DNA from: Hyphomicrobiales bacterium
GTDB lineage: Bacteria; Pseudomonadota; Alphaproteobacteria; Rhizobiales; Beijerinckiaceae
Direction: 5' to 3'
Length of the DNA stretch: 64,000 nucleotides
NCBI GenBank assembly: GCA_019237205.1
Contig: JAFAHO010000060.1
Location: 716 to 64,715, forward strand
The notes under the pieces are model-generated. The model made no database searches. It was not told where the DNA came from and saw only the letters and a list, made by a program, of their open reading frames with translations. Shown here piece after piece: positions 39,296-49,376 of this stretch; within the stretch, counting starts at the first letter, position 1, and every line of letters begins with the position of its first letter. The position numbers and the translations under genes are program-made.

Positions 39296-40411
39296 TCAAA
39301 TCGGCGGATGGCCCTGGACTTCCGCATAACGGGCGTATCCCTTGCCGACGCCGTACTCGACGATGCCGTAGCCGACCTCGTCGCCGTCGGTCACTTCGAT
39401 CACATGGTCGCTGAGGGTGCGCACCAGCTTGCGCGTCTCGGGCTCAGCCAGCGTCCACACATCGTGCTCTGAATAAAACTTGCCCTTGTCGTCCCCGTGC
39501 GACCAGCCGTTCAGTCCGCCGTAGAGGCCTCCCTTGAGGAAGTACCGGCCGGGCAAGGCGCGGATCTTGAGCTTCCGCGTCGAGCCGTCCGAAAAACGGG
39601 CCTCGAATTCCGCCCTCTCGAGCGTCTGTCCGAGTTGATCCTTCGACCAGGTGATATCGTGCGAGACATCTTCGAGCCGGACGCTCTCCTTCGTTCGGGT
39701 TCCGATCGTCCGGACCTCTTCGCCCGAAAGATAGATCTTTTCGCCCGGCGCCCGCTCCTTGAAGAACACATGCAGGCCGCGATCCCTGAACTGCGCGGTT
39801 GTCCAGCAATAGAAGAACGGCGGATAAAAGGTCAGCGGCGGATTGGTCTCGTCGGTGCGCATTTCGGCTCGAATCCCCCAGGAATGGTCGCGCTGGCCGA
39901 GCCAATCCACCGGCGTGATCTCCCTCCGCTCGCCTGCGATTTCGATCCACCCGCGATAGGCGCCGAGCTGCTGCGCCCGCGCCATATGTTCTGTGACGCG
40001 GCCGCCGCGGCGGCGGAAATGCTCACCCTCCTCGTGCGGATTCATTGTCGCCTGGAATTCGAGATCGAAGGCGAGACCCGACTCGTTAGGCTGCAACGTC
40101 AGGCGGTGGCGGCGCATGCCTTCGAGAATCTCGATTGTCAGCGGGCCTATGGTCGTCTCCAGCGGGTACGGGCGGAGCCGGCGCGAGACTCGGAAATTAT
40201 GTTGCTTGCTGCGGAAGGCGACGCCAGCGAAGCCGTCCATCACATTGCGGTTCGGATGCCAGCCGAGGCCGATGTCGAAGATGAAGTCGCCGCCGGGGAC
40301 CGGATGGCCAGTGTACCATAGCCGCTCCATCCAGGCCGGATCGGAGCTCATGACGTGGTCGAAGGTCGTCGGCAGCTGATGGCCGATGAAGTCGTCCTGC
40401 TTGCTCAGCAT
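39296..40411 (-). CDS. Uncharacterised protein, CrtC / tocopherol-cyclase / AttH-like fold (tentative)
   Basis: 371 aa, beta-rich; W-x-ERLWY near the N-terminus; Q-x-G-x-x-x-G-x-I and RDHSWG. Confidence 0.6.
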   Translation of the reverse strand: MLSKQDDFIGHQLPTTFDHVMSSDPAWMERLWYTGHPVPGGDFIFDIGLGWHPNRNVMDGFAGVAFRSKQHNFRVSRRLRPYPLETTIGPLTIEILEGMRRHRLTLQPNESGLAFDLEFQATMNPHEEGEHFRRRGGRVTEHMARAQQLGAYRGWIEIAGERREITPVDWLGQRDHSWGIRAEMRTDETNPPLTFYPPFFYCWTTAQFRDRGLHVFFKERAPGEKIYLSGEEVRTIGTRTKESVRLEDVSHDITWSKDQLGQTLERAEFEARFSDGSTRKLKIRALPGRYFLKGGLYGGLNGWSHGDDKGKFYSEHDVWTLAEPETRKLVRTLSDHVIEVTDGDEVGYGIVEYGVGKGYARYAEVQGHPPI

Positions 40412-40426
40412 GAAGGGCTCCGAACC

Positions 40427-40915
40427 TCAGGTTTTCTCGGCGCCGCCGGACATTTCGACGAACATCGGCTTGGCGCTGGTGGAGATTTCATATTTCGCCT
40501 GACGGGCGAGATAGGCGTCGACGATGCTTTCCACGCTCGCCGCTGCCTCGGCCGGCAAGCGCGCGCGATTTGCGGCGAGCCAGTCGATGAGGTCGCAGAC
40601 GCGCCCATCGCCGGCGTCGCGCATCGCTTCGAGCGTCCCGACCTCCGGCAACGCGGCAGGGGCGTGGATATCGGGCAGGGGAGCGCCCGCAAGATCTGGC
40701 GCGAGGGGCGCGAGGTCGCGGCTCACGCCTTCGAGGGCTTTCAGCTGCTCCATCAGGAAGGCGTTCGACCACGAGCATCGGAGCTTCAGGTTGTTCAACA
40801 TGTAGATGATGCCAAAGGCCTGCCCGCGGGCGTACTCGCCTTCGATGCGCGGAATGACTTCTTTCCGCAGGGTCGCGACCATGCCGTCGATCAGACGGGG
40901 GAGGGAATTGTTCAT
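40427..40915 (-). CDS. Small helical hypothetical protein, possible LvaB-like kinase partner
   Basis: 162 aa, ATGA overlap with the APH kinase, normal codon usage. Confidence 0.6.
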   Translation of the reverse strand: MNNSLPRLIDGMVATLRKEVIPRIEGEYARGQAFGIIYMLNNLKLRCSWSNAFLMEQLKALEGVSRDLAPLAPDLAGAPLPDIHAPAALPEVGTLEAMRDAGDGRVCDLIDWLAANRARLPAEAAASVESIVDAYLARQAKYEISTSAKPMFVEMSGGAEKT

Positions 40916-41967
40916 GCAGCCTCATCCAGCGCCCGGCCGATTTGGCGAAAGACCGGCGAAATCTGCGTCGCCATCGCGGGCATGCGCAGGTCGTGGAACA
41001 GCCCATTCTCGAAGCAGCGCGCCGCCGCCATATGGGTGAAGGCGAGCTTCAGGAGGGAAAAGACGCGATAGAACCGGAGCGAAGCAGGACCGACCGGGCG
41101 CCCGGCCTGCGCCTCGTAGCGGGAGAGAAAATCGGTTTCGCTGGCAAGCCCGCAGACGAGCGGCGTGCCCCCGCGATATTGCGGCAGGAACGCCCAACCG
41201 AGATCCTCGATGGGATCCCCAAGATGGACGAGCTCCCAGTCGAGAATCGCGGAAATCCGTCCCTCTCGTTCGAGAAAATTGCCGAGCCGATAGTCGCCAT
41301 GCACGAGCGACAGGCGCTCCGCGACCGGGGCGTTGCCGCGCAGCCACTGAAGAGCGCGATGCGCCATCGGATGGGGGCGCAAGGCCCAGCGGCGGAAGCG
41401 CGCCTCCCAGTCGTCGACCTGTTTTAGGGCGGCGTTCTCGTGGGTCACGCCCTCGCCCCATTTCGCAAGCGGCGTCGCGCGCCAGTCAAAACGGTGCAGC
41501 GCCGCCAGCGCGCTGATGAAGTCGGCCGCGAGCGATTCCCGCCGCGCCCCCTGGATCGTCTGGCCCTGCGAGCCCCAGGGCAGCGGGGTGTCGCCCTCGA
41601 CCTTCTCGCTCAGGAAGAAGGGGGCGCCGAGGATCGCCGGATCGTCGCTCGCGTGATAGACGCGCGGCGCAGGAACTTCGCTCGCCGCGAGCGCGCTGAG
41701 GGATTCGAATTCCGGCATTGCGCTATAGGGCGCGAAGAGCCCGTAAGGCGGGCCGACGCGAAGGATGGCTTCGTTCACGCCGGGAAAGCCGGAGAGCGAA
41801 ACCTCGCAGGTGATCCATGAGAAGCCCGCAGGAAACTTCGTCACCCGTTCGACAGAGACGGTTCGGCCAACGGCCCCGCTGAGATATTGGCCGAGCCTGC
41901 CGCGGAGACGCGCGACCGTCTCGAACGCCGGGGCGTCTCCCGACGACCCTCCAGGGGGCTCCCTCAC
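40912..41967 (-). CDS. APH-family phosphotransferase 2
   Basis: LGAPFFL, VHGDYRLGN, LDWELVHLGDPIEDL; GTG start with GAGGA RBS. Confidence 0.88.
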   Translation of the reverse strand: MREPPGGSSGDAPAFETVARLRGRLGQYLSGAVGRTVSVERVTKFPAGFSWITCEVSLSGFPGVNEAILRVGPPYGLFAPYSAMPEFESLSALAASEVPAPRVYHASDDPAILGAPFFLSEKVEGDTPLPWGSQGQTIQGARRESLAADFISALAALHRFDWRATPLAKWGEGVTHENAALKQVDDWEARFRRWALRPHPMAHRALQWLRGNAPVAERLSLVHGDYRLGNFLEREGRISAILDWELVHLGDPIEDLGWAFLPQYRGGTPLVCGLASETDFLSRYEAQAGRPVGPASLRFYRVFSLLKLAFTHMAAARCFENGLFHDLRMPAMATQISPVFRQIGRALDEAA

Positions 41968-42013
41968 AAATGATCCTCGCTTTGGCCACGCGCCGGCCGT
42001 GTCGGCAGCTTTT

Positions 42014-42153
42014 TGATAAACTAGCACACGATTATCTTCCAGGCAACCGGAATGCTCGCCGAGGCGAAGCCGCAAAAATTAGAAGAAAGATAGGCGGAGC
42101 GCCCGGCGATGGGCTGGACAAAGGCTTCCAGATGATGATAAACTATATTACGA
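42014..42153. promoter_or_regulatory. Two related sites TGATAAACTA-N4-ACGAT, 122 bp apart, in a divergent region
   Basis: TGATAAA-CTAG-CACACGA at 42014 and TGATAAA-CTAT-ATTACGA at 42136; fit motif A loosely. Confidence 0.5.
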
Positions 42154-42362
42154 TATGGCGCGCCGAAGTCTGGGCCGGCCGCGTCCGCCACGGGAGGAAC
42201 CAATGCAGGAGGATCGATCCACTCGCAGTTTGCGCCACCCCTCTCCTCCTCCCGACTTCAATGCTTGCGGCGCGTTAGCCGGCGGCGGGCTCTCGTCAGA
42301 TCTGGACAGGTCTCCTCCGACTGGCGCGGCTTCACATTTCGCCCGGTCGCGGGGTCGCTGAG

Positions 42363-43151
42363 ATGGAACTGACCGCATTCGCGTTCGAAGTCTTGGACGG
42401 TGTGGCGCACATCACGATGAACCAGCCTGAACGCGGCAACCCGCTCGACGAGCGCTTCGGCGTCGAATTCGACACGCTCGCGACCGAGTGCTCGGTGCGC
42501 GAGGACGTCCGCGCCGTGCTCATCGACGCGAAAGGGCGCTTCTTCAGCGTCGGCGGCGACCTCAATGCGTTGACCCGCAGCCGCGAAGAACTGGCGCGCT
42601 TCGTCTCGAGCGTCACCTCTAACCTGCATATGGGCATCTCGCGTTTCGCCCGACTCGACGCGCCGGTGGTCATGGCCGTGCATGGTCTAGCGGCGGGCGG
42701 CGCGGTGGCGCTGATCGCCGGCGCGGATTTCGTCCTGGCCTCGCCGAACGCCAAATTCTACGCCGCGTTCGCCGGCATCGGGATTATCAGCGACAGCGGC
42801 GGCAGCTATTTCCTGCCGCGCCGGATGGGCTCGCGGCGCGCGGCGCAATTCTACATGCTCAACGAAACGCTCGGCGCCGACGAAGCCGCCTCAACGGGTC
42901 TCATCAACCGCGTGGTCGAGGCCGACGCGCTCGAGCCGGAAGCCTGGGCGCTCGCCCGCAGGCTGGCGCAAGGCCCGACCCGCGCGTTCGGCGAAGCCAA
43001 GAATCTGCTGCTCTCAAGTCCAACCGAGAGCCTTGAGGGGCAACTCGAAAAGGAAGCGCGGGCTATGGCCCGTGTCACCCGCTCCGACGATGCGTGGAAC
43101 GCTATGTGCGCGGTGCTTGCCAAGCGAAAGCCGAACTTTCAGGCGCGCTAG
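42363..43151 (+). CDS. Enoyl-CoA hydratase/isomerase, PaaG-like
   Basis: FFSVGGDL, GIISDSGGSYFLPR, LAQGPTRAFG. Confidence 0.88.
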   Translation: MELTAFAFEVLDGVAHITMNQPERGNPLDERFGVEFDTLATECSVREDVRAVLIDAKGRFFSVGGDLNALTRSREELARFVSSVTSNLHMGISRFARLDAPVVMAVHGLAAGGAVALIAGADFVLASPNAKFYAAFAGIGIISDSGGSYFLPRRMGSRRAAQFYMLNETLGADEAASTGLINRVVEADALEPEAWALARRLAQGPTRAFGEAKNLLLSSPTESLEGQLEKEARAMARVTRSDDAWNAMCAVLAKRKPNFQAR

Positions 43152-43192
43152 CGGGGTTGTCGATCACGAACCGCGTCACGAGGTTTTCGCCG

Positions 43193-44350
43193 ATGATTTT
43201 CAACGACGACCAACTCGCCATCCGGGATCTTGCCCGCCGCTTCGCGCGCGAGAAGCTGGCGCCTCAGTATCAGGCGCGGGACAAATCAGGCGTGCTCGAC
43301 CGCTCGCTCATTCGCGAGATGGGCGAACTCGGCCTGATGGGGGTCGATCTGCCGGAGTCTGTCGGCGGGCTTGGCGCGCCCGGGGTCACCGCGGGCGTCA
43401 TTGCCGAGGAGCTCGCGTATGGGGACTTCAACGTCAGCGCCGTACCGGTCGGCGTGTCGCTGCTCGGCGCGATCATCATGAGCAGCGGCTCGCCGAAACT
43501 GGCGGAGCACTGGATTCCTCGGATGATCAGCGGCGAGACATTGATGGGCGTGTGCGTGACGGAGCCCAGCGGCGGCTCCGACGCGAGCGCCATGAAGCTG
43601 CGCTGCCGCCGCGACGGCGATTTCTATGTTCTCGAAGGCGAGAAAACCTCGATCACCTTCGCCGATTGTGCTGACGCGTTCATCGTCTTCGCGCGGACAG
43701 GGTCCCCGGAAAGCGGCGCCGGAGGGATTACGGCGCTGGTCGTTCCCGCGGATACGCCCGGCGTCGCACGCACCCGCTTCAACGACGTTGGCAGCCACAT
43801 CATCGGACGCGGCTCGGTCTTTTTCGAAGGCGTTCGCGTGCCGATAGAGAACAGGCTCGGTAAGGAGAATCAGGGCTTTACCCACGTCATGCGCGGGTTC
43901 GATTTCAGCCGCGCCCTGATCGCGCTTCAATGCGTGGGTTGCGCCCAGGCTTCGCTCGATGAGGCGTGGGAGTACACGAAGACGCGCACTGCGTTCAACG
44001 CGCCGATCGCCTCCTACCAGGGCGTCACGTTTCCGCTGGTCGAAGGCGACAGCCAAATCGCGGCGATCCGGCAGCTCTGCTATCACGCCGTGGCGTTGCG
44101 TGACGCTGGCCTTCCTCACACCGCGGAGGCCGCGATGGTAAAGTGGATGGGCCCGAAGACCGCGTTCGACGTCATCCATCAATGCCTGCTGACCTTTGGG
44201 CACTACGGATGGTCGATGGACCTGCCGCATCAGCAGCGCATGCGCGACGTGATGGGGCTTGAAATCGGGGACGGCACTGCGGGAATCATGAAGCTGATCG
44301 TGGCTCGCGAGCGAGTCGGACGGATCGCGGTGCAGTATGACAAGCGCTAG
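43193..44350 (+). CDS. aliB: Cyclohexanecarboxyl-CoA dehydrogenase-like ACAD
   Basis: TEPSGGSDA, GEKTSI, IGRGSVFF, GFDFSRALI, GLPHTAEAAM, HQCLLTFGH, IGDGT. Confidence 0.72.
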   Translation: MIFNDDQLAIRDLARRFAREKLAPQYQARDKSGVLDRSLIREMGELGLMGVDLPESVGGLGAPGVTAGVIAEELAYGDFNVSAVPVGVSLLGAIIMSSGSPKLAEHWIPRMISGETLMGVCVTEPSGGSDASAMKLRCRRDGDFYVLEGEKTSITFADCADAFIVFARTGSPESGAGGITALVVPADTPGVARTRFNDVGSHIIGRGSVFFEGVRVPIENRLGKENQGFTHVMRGFDFSRALIALQCVGCAQASLDEAWEYTKTRTAFNAPIASYQGVTFPLVEGDSQIAAIRQLCYHAVALRDAGLPHTAEAAMVKWMGPKTAFDVIHQCLLTFGHYGWSMDLPHQQRMRDVMGLEIGDGTAGIMKLIVARERVGRIAVQYDKR

Positions 44351-44380
44351 TCCGACCAACCTCACAAGCGGCGATCCGCA

Positions 44381-45532
44381 ATGAGCGACTTTGCGCTCGA
44401 TGACGAACGCGCGGCGATACGCGAAACGGCTCGCGCCTTCGCCGACGACAAAATTGCTCCGCACGCAATCGACTGGGACACAAACAAGCACTTTCCGATC
44501 GACGTCATCCGGCAAGCCGCTTCATTGGGCATGGGCGGAATCTATGTCCGCGACGACGTCGGCGGATCCGCGCTGACGCGCTTGGACGCAACGCTCATCT
44601 TTGAGGCGCTGGCGACCGGCTGTCCCGCGGTGTCGGCCTACATTTCGATTCACAACATGTGCGCTTGGATGATCGACGCGTTCGGAGATGAGAGCCAACG
44701 TCGGACGTTCCTGCCTCCTCTCGTAGCGATGGATCGGCTCGCCAGCTACTGTCTCACTGAGCCGGGCGCGGGATCGGATGCGGCAGCGTTGCGAACCCGC
44801 GCTGTGCGCGACGGGGATTGCTATGTTCTGAACGGACAGAAGCAATTCATTTCAGGAGCTGGCAATGAGCGCGATTTCTATGTGGTGATGGCGCGCACGG
44901 GGGAAGACGGCCCGAAGGGCATTTCGACGTTCCTCGTCGAGGGGGGTTCGAGCGGCCTCAAGTTTGGCGCGAATGAACGCAAGATGGGTTGGAACGCCCA
45001 GCCGACACGCGCTGTTATTTTCGAAGATTGTCCTGTGCCGGCGACGAACCTCTTGGGAGAAGAGGGTGCCGGCTTTAAGATCGCGATGGCCGGGTTGGAC
45101 GGCGGGCGACTCAATATCGGGGCCTGCTCATTGGGCGGCGCTCAGTCCGCTCTTGAGAAAGCGCTTTCCTATATGAAAGAGCGCAGGGCGTTTGGCCGTC
45201 GGCTCGACGAGTTTCAGGCGCTCCAGTTTCGTATTGCCGACATGGCTACCGAACTTGAAGCCGCGCGGACGTTGCTATGGCGCGCCGCCTCGGCTCTCGA
45301 CTCGAAGTCGCCAAACGCGACCACGCTCTGCGCAATGGCCAAGCGCTTCGCGACCGATGTCGGGTCGCAAGTGGCCAACGACGCGCTGCAGATGTTCGGC
45401 GGCTATGGGTATCTAACAGAGTACGGCGTCGAGAAAATCGTCCGCGATCTTCGAGTACACCAGATTCTCGAGGGCACGAACGAAATCATGCGCTTGATCG
45501 TGGCGCGCGAGATCGTTGGCAGTGGGATGTAG
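44381..45532 (+). CDS. Isobutyryl-CoA dehydrogenase-like ACAD
   Basis: GMGGIYV, LTRLDATLIFEAL, SIHNMCAWMI, YCLTEPGAGSDAA, KMGWNAQPT, RVHQILEGTNE. Confidence 0.85.
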   Translation: MSDFALDDERAAIRETARAFADDKIAPHAIDWDTNKHFPIDVIRQAASLGMGGIYVRDDVGGSALTRLDATLIFEALATGCPAVSAYISIHNMCAWMIDAFGDESQRRTFLPPLVAMDRLASYCLTEPGAGSDAAALRTRAVRDGDCYVLNGQKQFISGAGNERDFYVVMARTGEDGPKGISTFLVEGGSSGLKFGANERKMGWNAQPTRAVIFEDCPVPATNLLGEEGAGFKIAMAGLDGGRLNIGACSLGGAQSALEKALSYMKERRAFGRRLDEFQALQFRIADMATELEAARTLLWRAASALDSKSPNATTLCAMAKRFATDVGSQVANDALQMFGGYGYLTEYGVEKIVRDLRVHQILEGTNEIMRLIVAREIVGSGM

Positions 45533-45586
45533 CAAATGTCGAAACTCGGAACGAGGAAAGCAATGCGTTTCAAAGGGAGGCTAGGA

Positions 45587-46744
45587 ATGAGGGCTGTTGG
45601 CATTGCTCGTGTGTGCGCTGCGATTGCGGGCGCAATCTCATTGGCCGCGCCGGCGCGCGCCGAGGATACAATCAAGATCGGAGTCATCCTGCCGATTTCA
45701 GGCGGAGCGGCCTATGTCGGGCAAGGCATCGGCGACGGTGTCCGTCTCGCGGTCGATCAAATCAATGCTGTCGGCGGAATCAAAGGCAGAAAACTCGAGA
45801 TTCTGCTGCGCGACGAAATGCTGCGCCCGGACGCGTCTGTCGCCGCCGCTAAGGAGCTGATCACCAAGGATGGCGTTAAATTCATTATCGGCCCGGCGAC
45901 GTCGGCGACCTCGCTCGCCGTGTCGGAGCTCGCGAAAACGGAGCATATCGTAAATATCTCGCCGTCCGCGAAGACCGAGGCCATTACGGGCTCCAAACTT
46001 CATGAGTACATTTTCCAGCTCGCGCCGACAACCGACGTCGACGGAGTTCGCAGTGTCGGCGTCCTGAACAAAATCGGCGCCAAAAGCGTTTGCTTCACCG
46101 GTTTTGACTATGCCTACACGCAGGACTGGTTCAAGGCGATCAAGGCGAACATGGGCGCCATCCAGAACGCCGGCGAATTCCTTGTGCCGTTGAATACCAC
46201 CGACTACAGCACGGTGATCGGGCAGCTGATCGCCAGTTCCTGCGACACCGTCGTCGGAACGATGTACGGGGGCGGCTTCATAGCTTTCGTGAAGCAGGCC
46301 GCCCCATTCGGATTGTTCAAGACGAAGAAACTGTTGTGGGGAGCGAATACCGGCGACTATGCCGTCGCGAAGGCGTTGGGGCCGGACTTCCCGGAAGGGG
46401 TTTGGGCCGCGGCCTCAGACATCTGGTACTACGAAGGCTCCGACGCCCACGCGAAATATCAGGCGGCGTTGGCGCAGCTCCAGGGACGCAAGGAGACGGA
46501 CATGTGGCCGATCACGGGCTACAACGCCGTCAATTTCCTCGCTGCCGCGATCGAAAAGGCTGGAAGCGACGATCCCAAAGCCGTGCGTGACGCTTTGGAG
46601 GGCCTGACGATTGATTCCCCGCTCGGCCCGCTCACCGTCGACGCCAAAACTCATCGCGCCAATTCGCCGGAGTTCTATGGGCAGGTGAACTCCGTCGCCG
46701 GCTCCCCGGTGAAGCGAATGTCGCCGTATGAGCTCGTCAAATGA
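45587..46744 (+). CDS. Liv-type periplasmic substrate-binding protein 2
   Basis: Signal peptide ARA-EDTIKIG, VDQINAVGGIKG; start may be 45563. Confidence 0.88.
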   Translation: MRAVGIARVCAAIAGAISLAAPARAEDTIKIGVILPISGGAAYVGQGIGDGVRLAVDQINAVGGIKGRKLEILLRDEMLRPDASVAAAKELITKDGVKFIIGPATSATSLAVSELAKTEHIVNISPSAKTEAITGSKLHEYIFQLAPTTDVDGVRSVGVLNKIGAKSVCFTGFDYAYTQDWFKAIKANMGAIQNAGEFLVPLNTTDYSTVIGQLIASSCDTVVGTMYGGGFIAFVKQAAPFGLFKTKKLLWGANTGDYAVAKALGPDFPEGVWAAASDIWYYEGSDAHAKYQAALAQLQGRKETDMWPITGYNAVNFLAAAIEKAGSDDPKAVRDALEGLTIDSPLGPLTVDAKTHRANSPEFYGQVNSVAGSPVKRMSPYELVK

Positions 46745-46809
46745 GCGGCGGGCTCGCGCCCCGGTGAGTACGCGCAGATCACTCGCAAGCGCGACGAAAG
46801 ACTAGCGTC

Positions 46810-47706
46810 GTGCTGGCGAATCCAATCGTGTTGTTCATCCAGGTGATGAACGCGCTGTCGCTGGGCATGAGCCTTTTCGTCATCGCGGCGGGGCTCACGC
46901 TCATCTTCGGCGTGCTGCGGATCGTGAACTTCGCTCACGGCGCTTTTTACATGGTTGGCGCTTATCTCGCCTACACGGTTGTGCAAACTTTCGGAGACAC
47001 CAATTTGGGTTTCTTTCTTGGCGTGGCGGGCGCCGGACTTGGCATGGGGTTGATCGCATTCCTCATCGAACGGTTTCTCCTGACAAGGCTCTATGACAAG
47101 GACCCGATGCTGCAACTTCTCCTCACCTTCGCGCTGGTGATGATCCTCAGGGACGCGGTGCGAATGGTCTGGGGCTCAGATCAACATAGCATCTCGACGC
47201 CGCCGGCTCTGAGCGGCGCGGTGAATCTCGGGTTGACCTACTACCCTACCTATATGCTCTTCCTTCTCGTCCTCGGCCCGATCGTCGCCTTCGCGCTCTG
47301 GTTTGGAATAGAGCGGACGCGATGGGGTCGAATTGCTCGTGCCGCACGCCTCGATCGAGAAATGCTTTCTGCGTTGGGCGTCGACGTAAATCTTGTCTAC
47401 GCCGCAGTTTTTGTCGTGGGCTCGATGTTGGCCGCGATCGGCGGCGCTCTCGCTGCCCCGAGATCTGCCGTCGACCCCGGGATGGACGCACTCGTCATCA
47501 TCGACTGTTTCATCATCGTAGTGATCGGTGGGCTGGGGAGTCTGATTGGGAGCTTCGTTGGGGCTCTGATTCTGGGTTTCCTGACAATTTTCGGCTCGTT
47601 CTACCTTCAGGAATGGGTCATCGTTGCCTCGTATGCGATGATGGTTTTCATTCTGATCCTCCGCCCGTGGGGATTGTTCGGCCAATCCGACGAAGTCCGT
47701 CACTGA
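46810..47706 (+). CDS. livH: Liv/HAAT ABC permease
   Basis: GLTLIFGVLRIVNFAHGAFYMVG, VVIGGLGSLIG. Confidence 0.92.
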   Translation: MLANPIVLFIQVMNALSLGMSLFVIAAGLTLIFGVLRIVNFAHGAFYMVGAYLAYTVVQTFGDTNLGFFLGVAGAGLGMGLIAFLIERFLLTRLYDKDPMLQLLLTFALVMILRDAVRMVWGSDQHSISTPPALSGAVNLGLTYYPTYMLFLLVLGPIVAFALWFGIERTRWGRIARAARLDREMLSALGVDVNLVYAAVFVVGSMLAAIGGALAAPRSAVDPGMDALVIIDCFIIVVIGGLGSLIGSFVGALILGFLTIFGSFYLQEWVIVASYAMMVFILILRPWGLFGQSDEVRH

Positions 47707-48632
47707 TGACCAGCCGGCCGCAGCTCATCTTTCTCCTCGCCGTCTTTGCAGTGCTCGCGGTCGTCCCTTTTCTCGGCGCCCGCTACCCGGTGGAGCTGGC
47801 GACCCAGGTCATGATCTTCAGCCTCTTTGCGTTGAGCCTCAATGTCCTGGCGGGTCAGACCGGGAACCTATCATTTGGTCATGCGGCCTTCCTGTCGATC
47901 GGGGGATATGCCTGCGCCTATTTTCTGACCCGGCTCGGGTGGCCCCTGGCTGTTAGCATGGCGGGGGCGGTGATCATGTCGGCCGCAGCGGCGTTGATCA
48001 TCGGCGCGCTATGCGTTCGGCTGAACGCCATCTACTTTTCGATGCTGACGCTCGCGTTCTCAATGCTCGTTTGGGCCGTTGCGACCAAATGGAGGTCGAT
48101 CACCGGCGGAGACGACGGATTTGTGGGCGTCGACGTTCCGATTTATCTGACTAACCCCTATTCGTTCTTTTGGTTCACGCTGGCTGTGTGCGCGCTCTCT
48201 GTCGTGGCGCTTTGGATCCTGAGCGCGTCGGCAATGGGTCATGCCCTCGTCGCGATTCGTGAAAACCCGACACGAGCCAGCTTTCTCGGCATGAACGTGA
48301 AAAGGATGCGGCTTGCGGCTTTTGTCATAGCCGGGGCGTTCGCTGGTCTCGCCGGCTGCCTCCTCGCGATGTACGTTCGCGGGATGTACCCCCAAACGGC
48401 CTTCTGGACGCAGTCAGGTCAGGTCATCATCATGGTCCTTCTGGGCGGGATACACTCTTTTATAGGGCCGATCATTGGCGCGGCGGTGCTCTATCTACTG
48501 GAAGTCATCACCGAGCAATATACCGAGTACTGGTCCTTCGTAATGGGGCTCATCCTCCTCGCAATCGTCATGGCGTTTCCCGAGGGGCTCGTCGGGATAT
48601 TCTCCAAGCTGCGGGCGCCCCGGAGGAGTTGA
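47706..48632 (+). CDS. livM: Liv/HAAT ABC permease
   Basis: GNLSFGHAAF, YFSMLTLAF, TGGDDG, AIRENP; true start MTSRP at 47706. Confidence 0.9.
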   Translation: MTSRPQLIFLLAVFAVLAVVPFLGARYPVELATQVMIFSLFALSLNVLAGQTGNLSFGHAAFLSIGGYACAYFLTRLGWPLAVSMAGAVIMSAAAALIIGALCVRLNAIYFSMLTLAFSMLVWAVATKWRSITGGDDGFVGVDVPIYLTNPYSFFWFTLAVCALSVVALWILSASAMGHALVAIRENPTRASFLGMNVKRMRLAAFVIAGAFAGLAGCLLAMYVRGMYPQTAFWTQSGQVIIMVLLGGIHSFIGPIIGAAVLYLLEVITEQYTEYWSFVMGLILLAIVMAFPEGLVGIFSKLRAPRRS

Positions 48633-48635
48633 GGC

Positions 48636-49376
48636 TTGGCGATTCTCGAAATAGTCAACCTTACGAAGAATTTCGGCGCCTTTGTCGCCGTCCGCGGCGT
48701 AACGTTGCAGATCGAGGAATTTGCCACTCACGCAATCATCGGTCCCAATGGCGCGGGCAAAACGACGCTGTTCAATCTGATCAGCGGGTTGGCTTCGCCC
48801 ACGACGGGAGAGGTGTGGTATCGCCAGCAGCGGTTGGCGCGCTTGCAGCCCCATGAGATCGTCAGGGCCGGGATGGCGCGTTCGTTTCAGCGCGTGAACG
48901 TTTTTTCGCGAAGGACGGCGTTCGAAAATGTTCAAGTCGCGCTCATCGCGAGCGCTGGCATCAACTACAATTTTCTACGCAACGCAGGATCTCTGTTCCG
49001 CGAAGAGGCCCTGGAATTGCTCAGGCTGGTGCGATGCGAGGACGAAGCATTGCGGCGGGCGAGCGAACTGGCGTACGGCAAGCAGAAGCAACTAGAGCTC
49101 GCTGTTGCGCTTGCCGCGAAGCCCAAGCTCCTGCTGCTTGATGAGCCGACTGCAGGCATGTCGATTGCCGAAACAAAATCAACCATCGGCTTGATCAAGG
49201 ATGTCGTGGCGGACCGCGGACTCACGCTGCTCTTCACCGAACACGACATGAACGTCGTGTTTGAAATAGCGTCGGCGATTTCGGTCCTGCACCACGGCGA
49301 AATCATCGCCTCCGGGGCGCCTGAGGACGTCCGAAAGAACGACGACGTCAGGCGCGTCTATCTTGGCCAGGATTGA
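48636..49376 (+). CDS. livG: ABC ATP-binding subunit
   Basis: GPNGAGKT, ARSFQ, LAYG, LDEPTAG, TEHD. Confidence 0.92.
   Translation: MAILEIVNLTKNFGAFVAVRGVTLQIEEFATHAIIGPNGAGKTTLFNLISGLASPTTGEVWYRQQRLARLQPHEIVRAGMARSFQRVNVFSRRTAFENVQVALIASAGINYNFLRNAGSLFREEALELLRLVRCEDEALRRASELAYGKQKQLELAVALAAKPKLLLLDEPTAGMSIAETKSTIGLIKDVVADRGLTLLFTEHDMNVVFEIASAISVLHHGEIIASGAPEDVRKNDDVRRVYLGQD

Noticed and set aside
38477-43151. Either stand-alone crotonase as BadK
   Set aside because: Both lack the pair of catalytic glutamates of typical enoyl-CoA hydratases.
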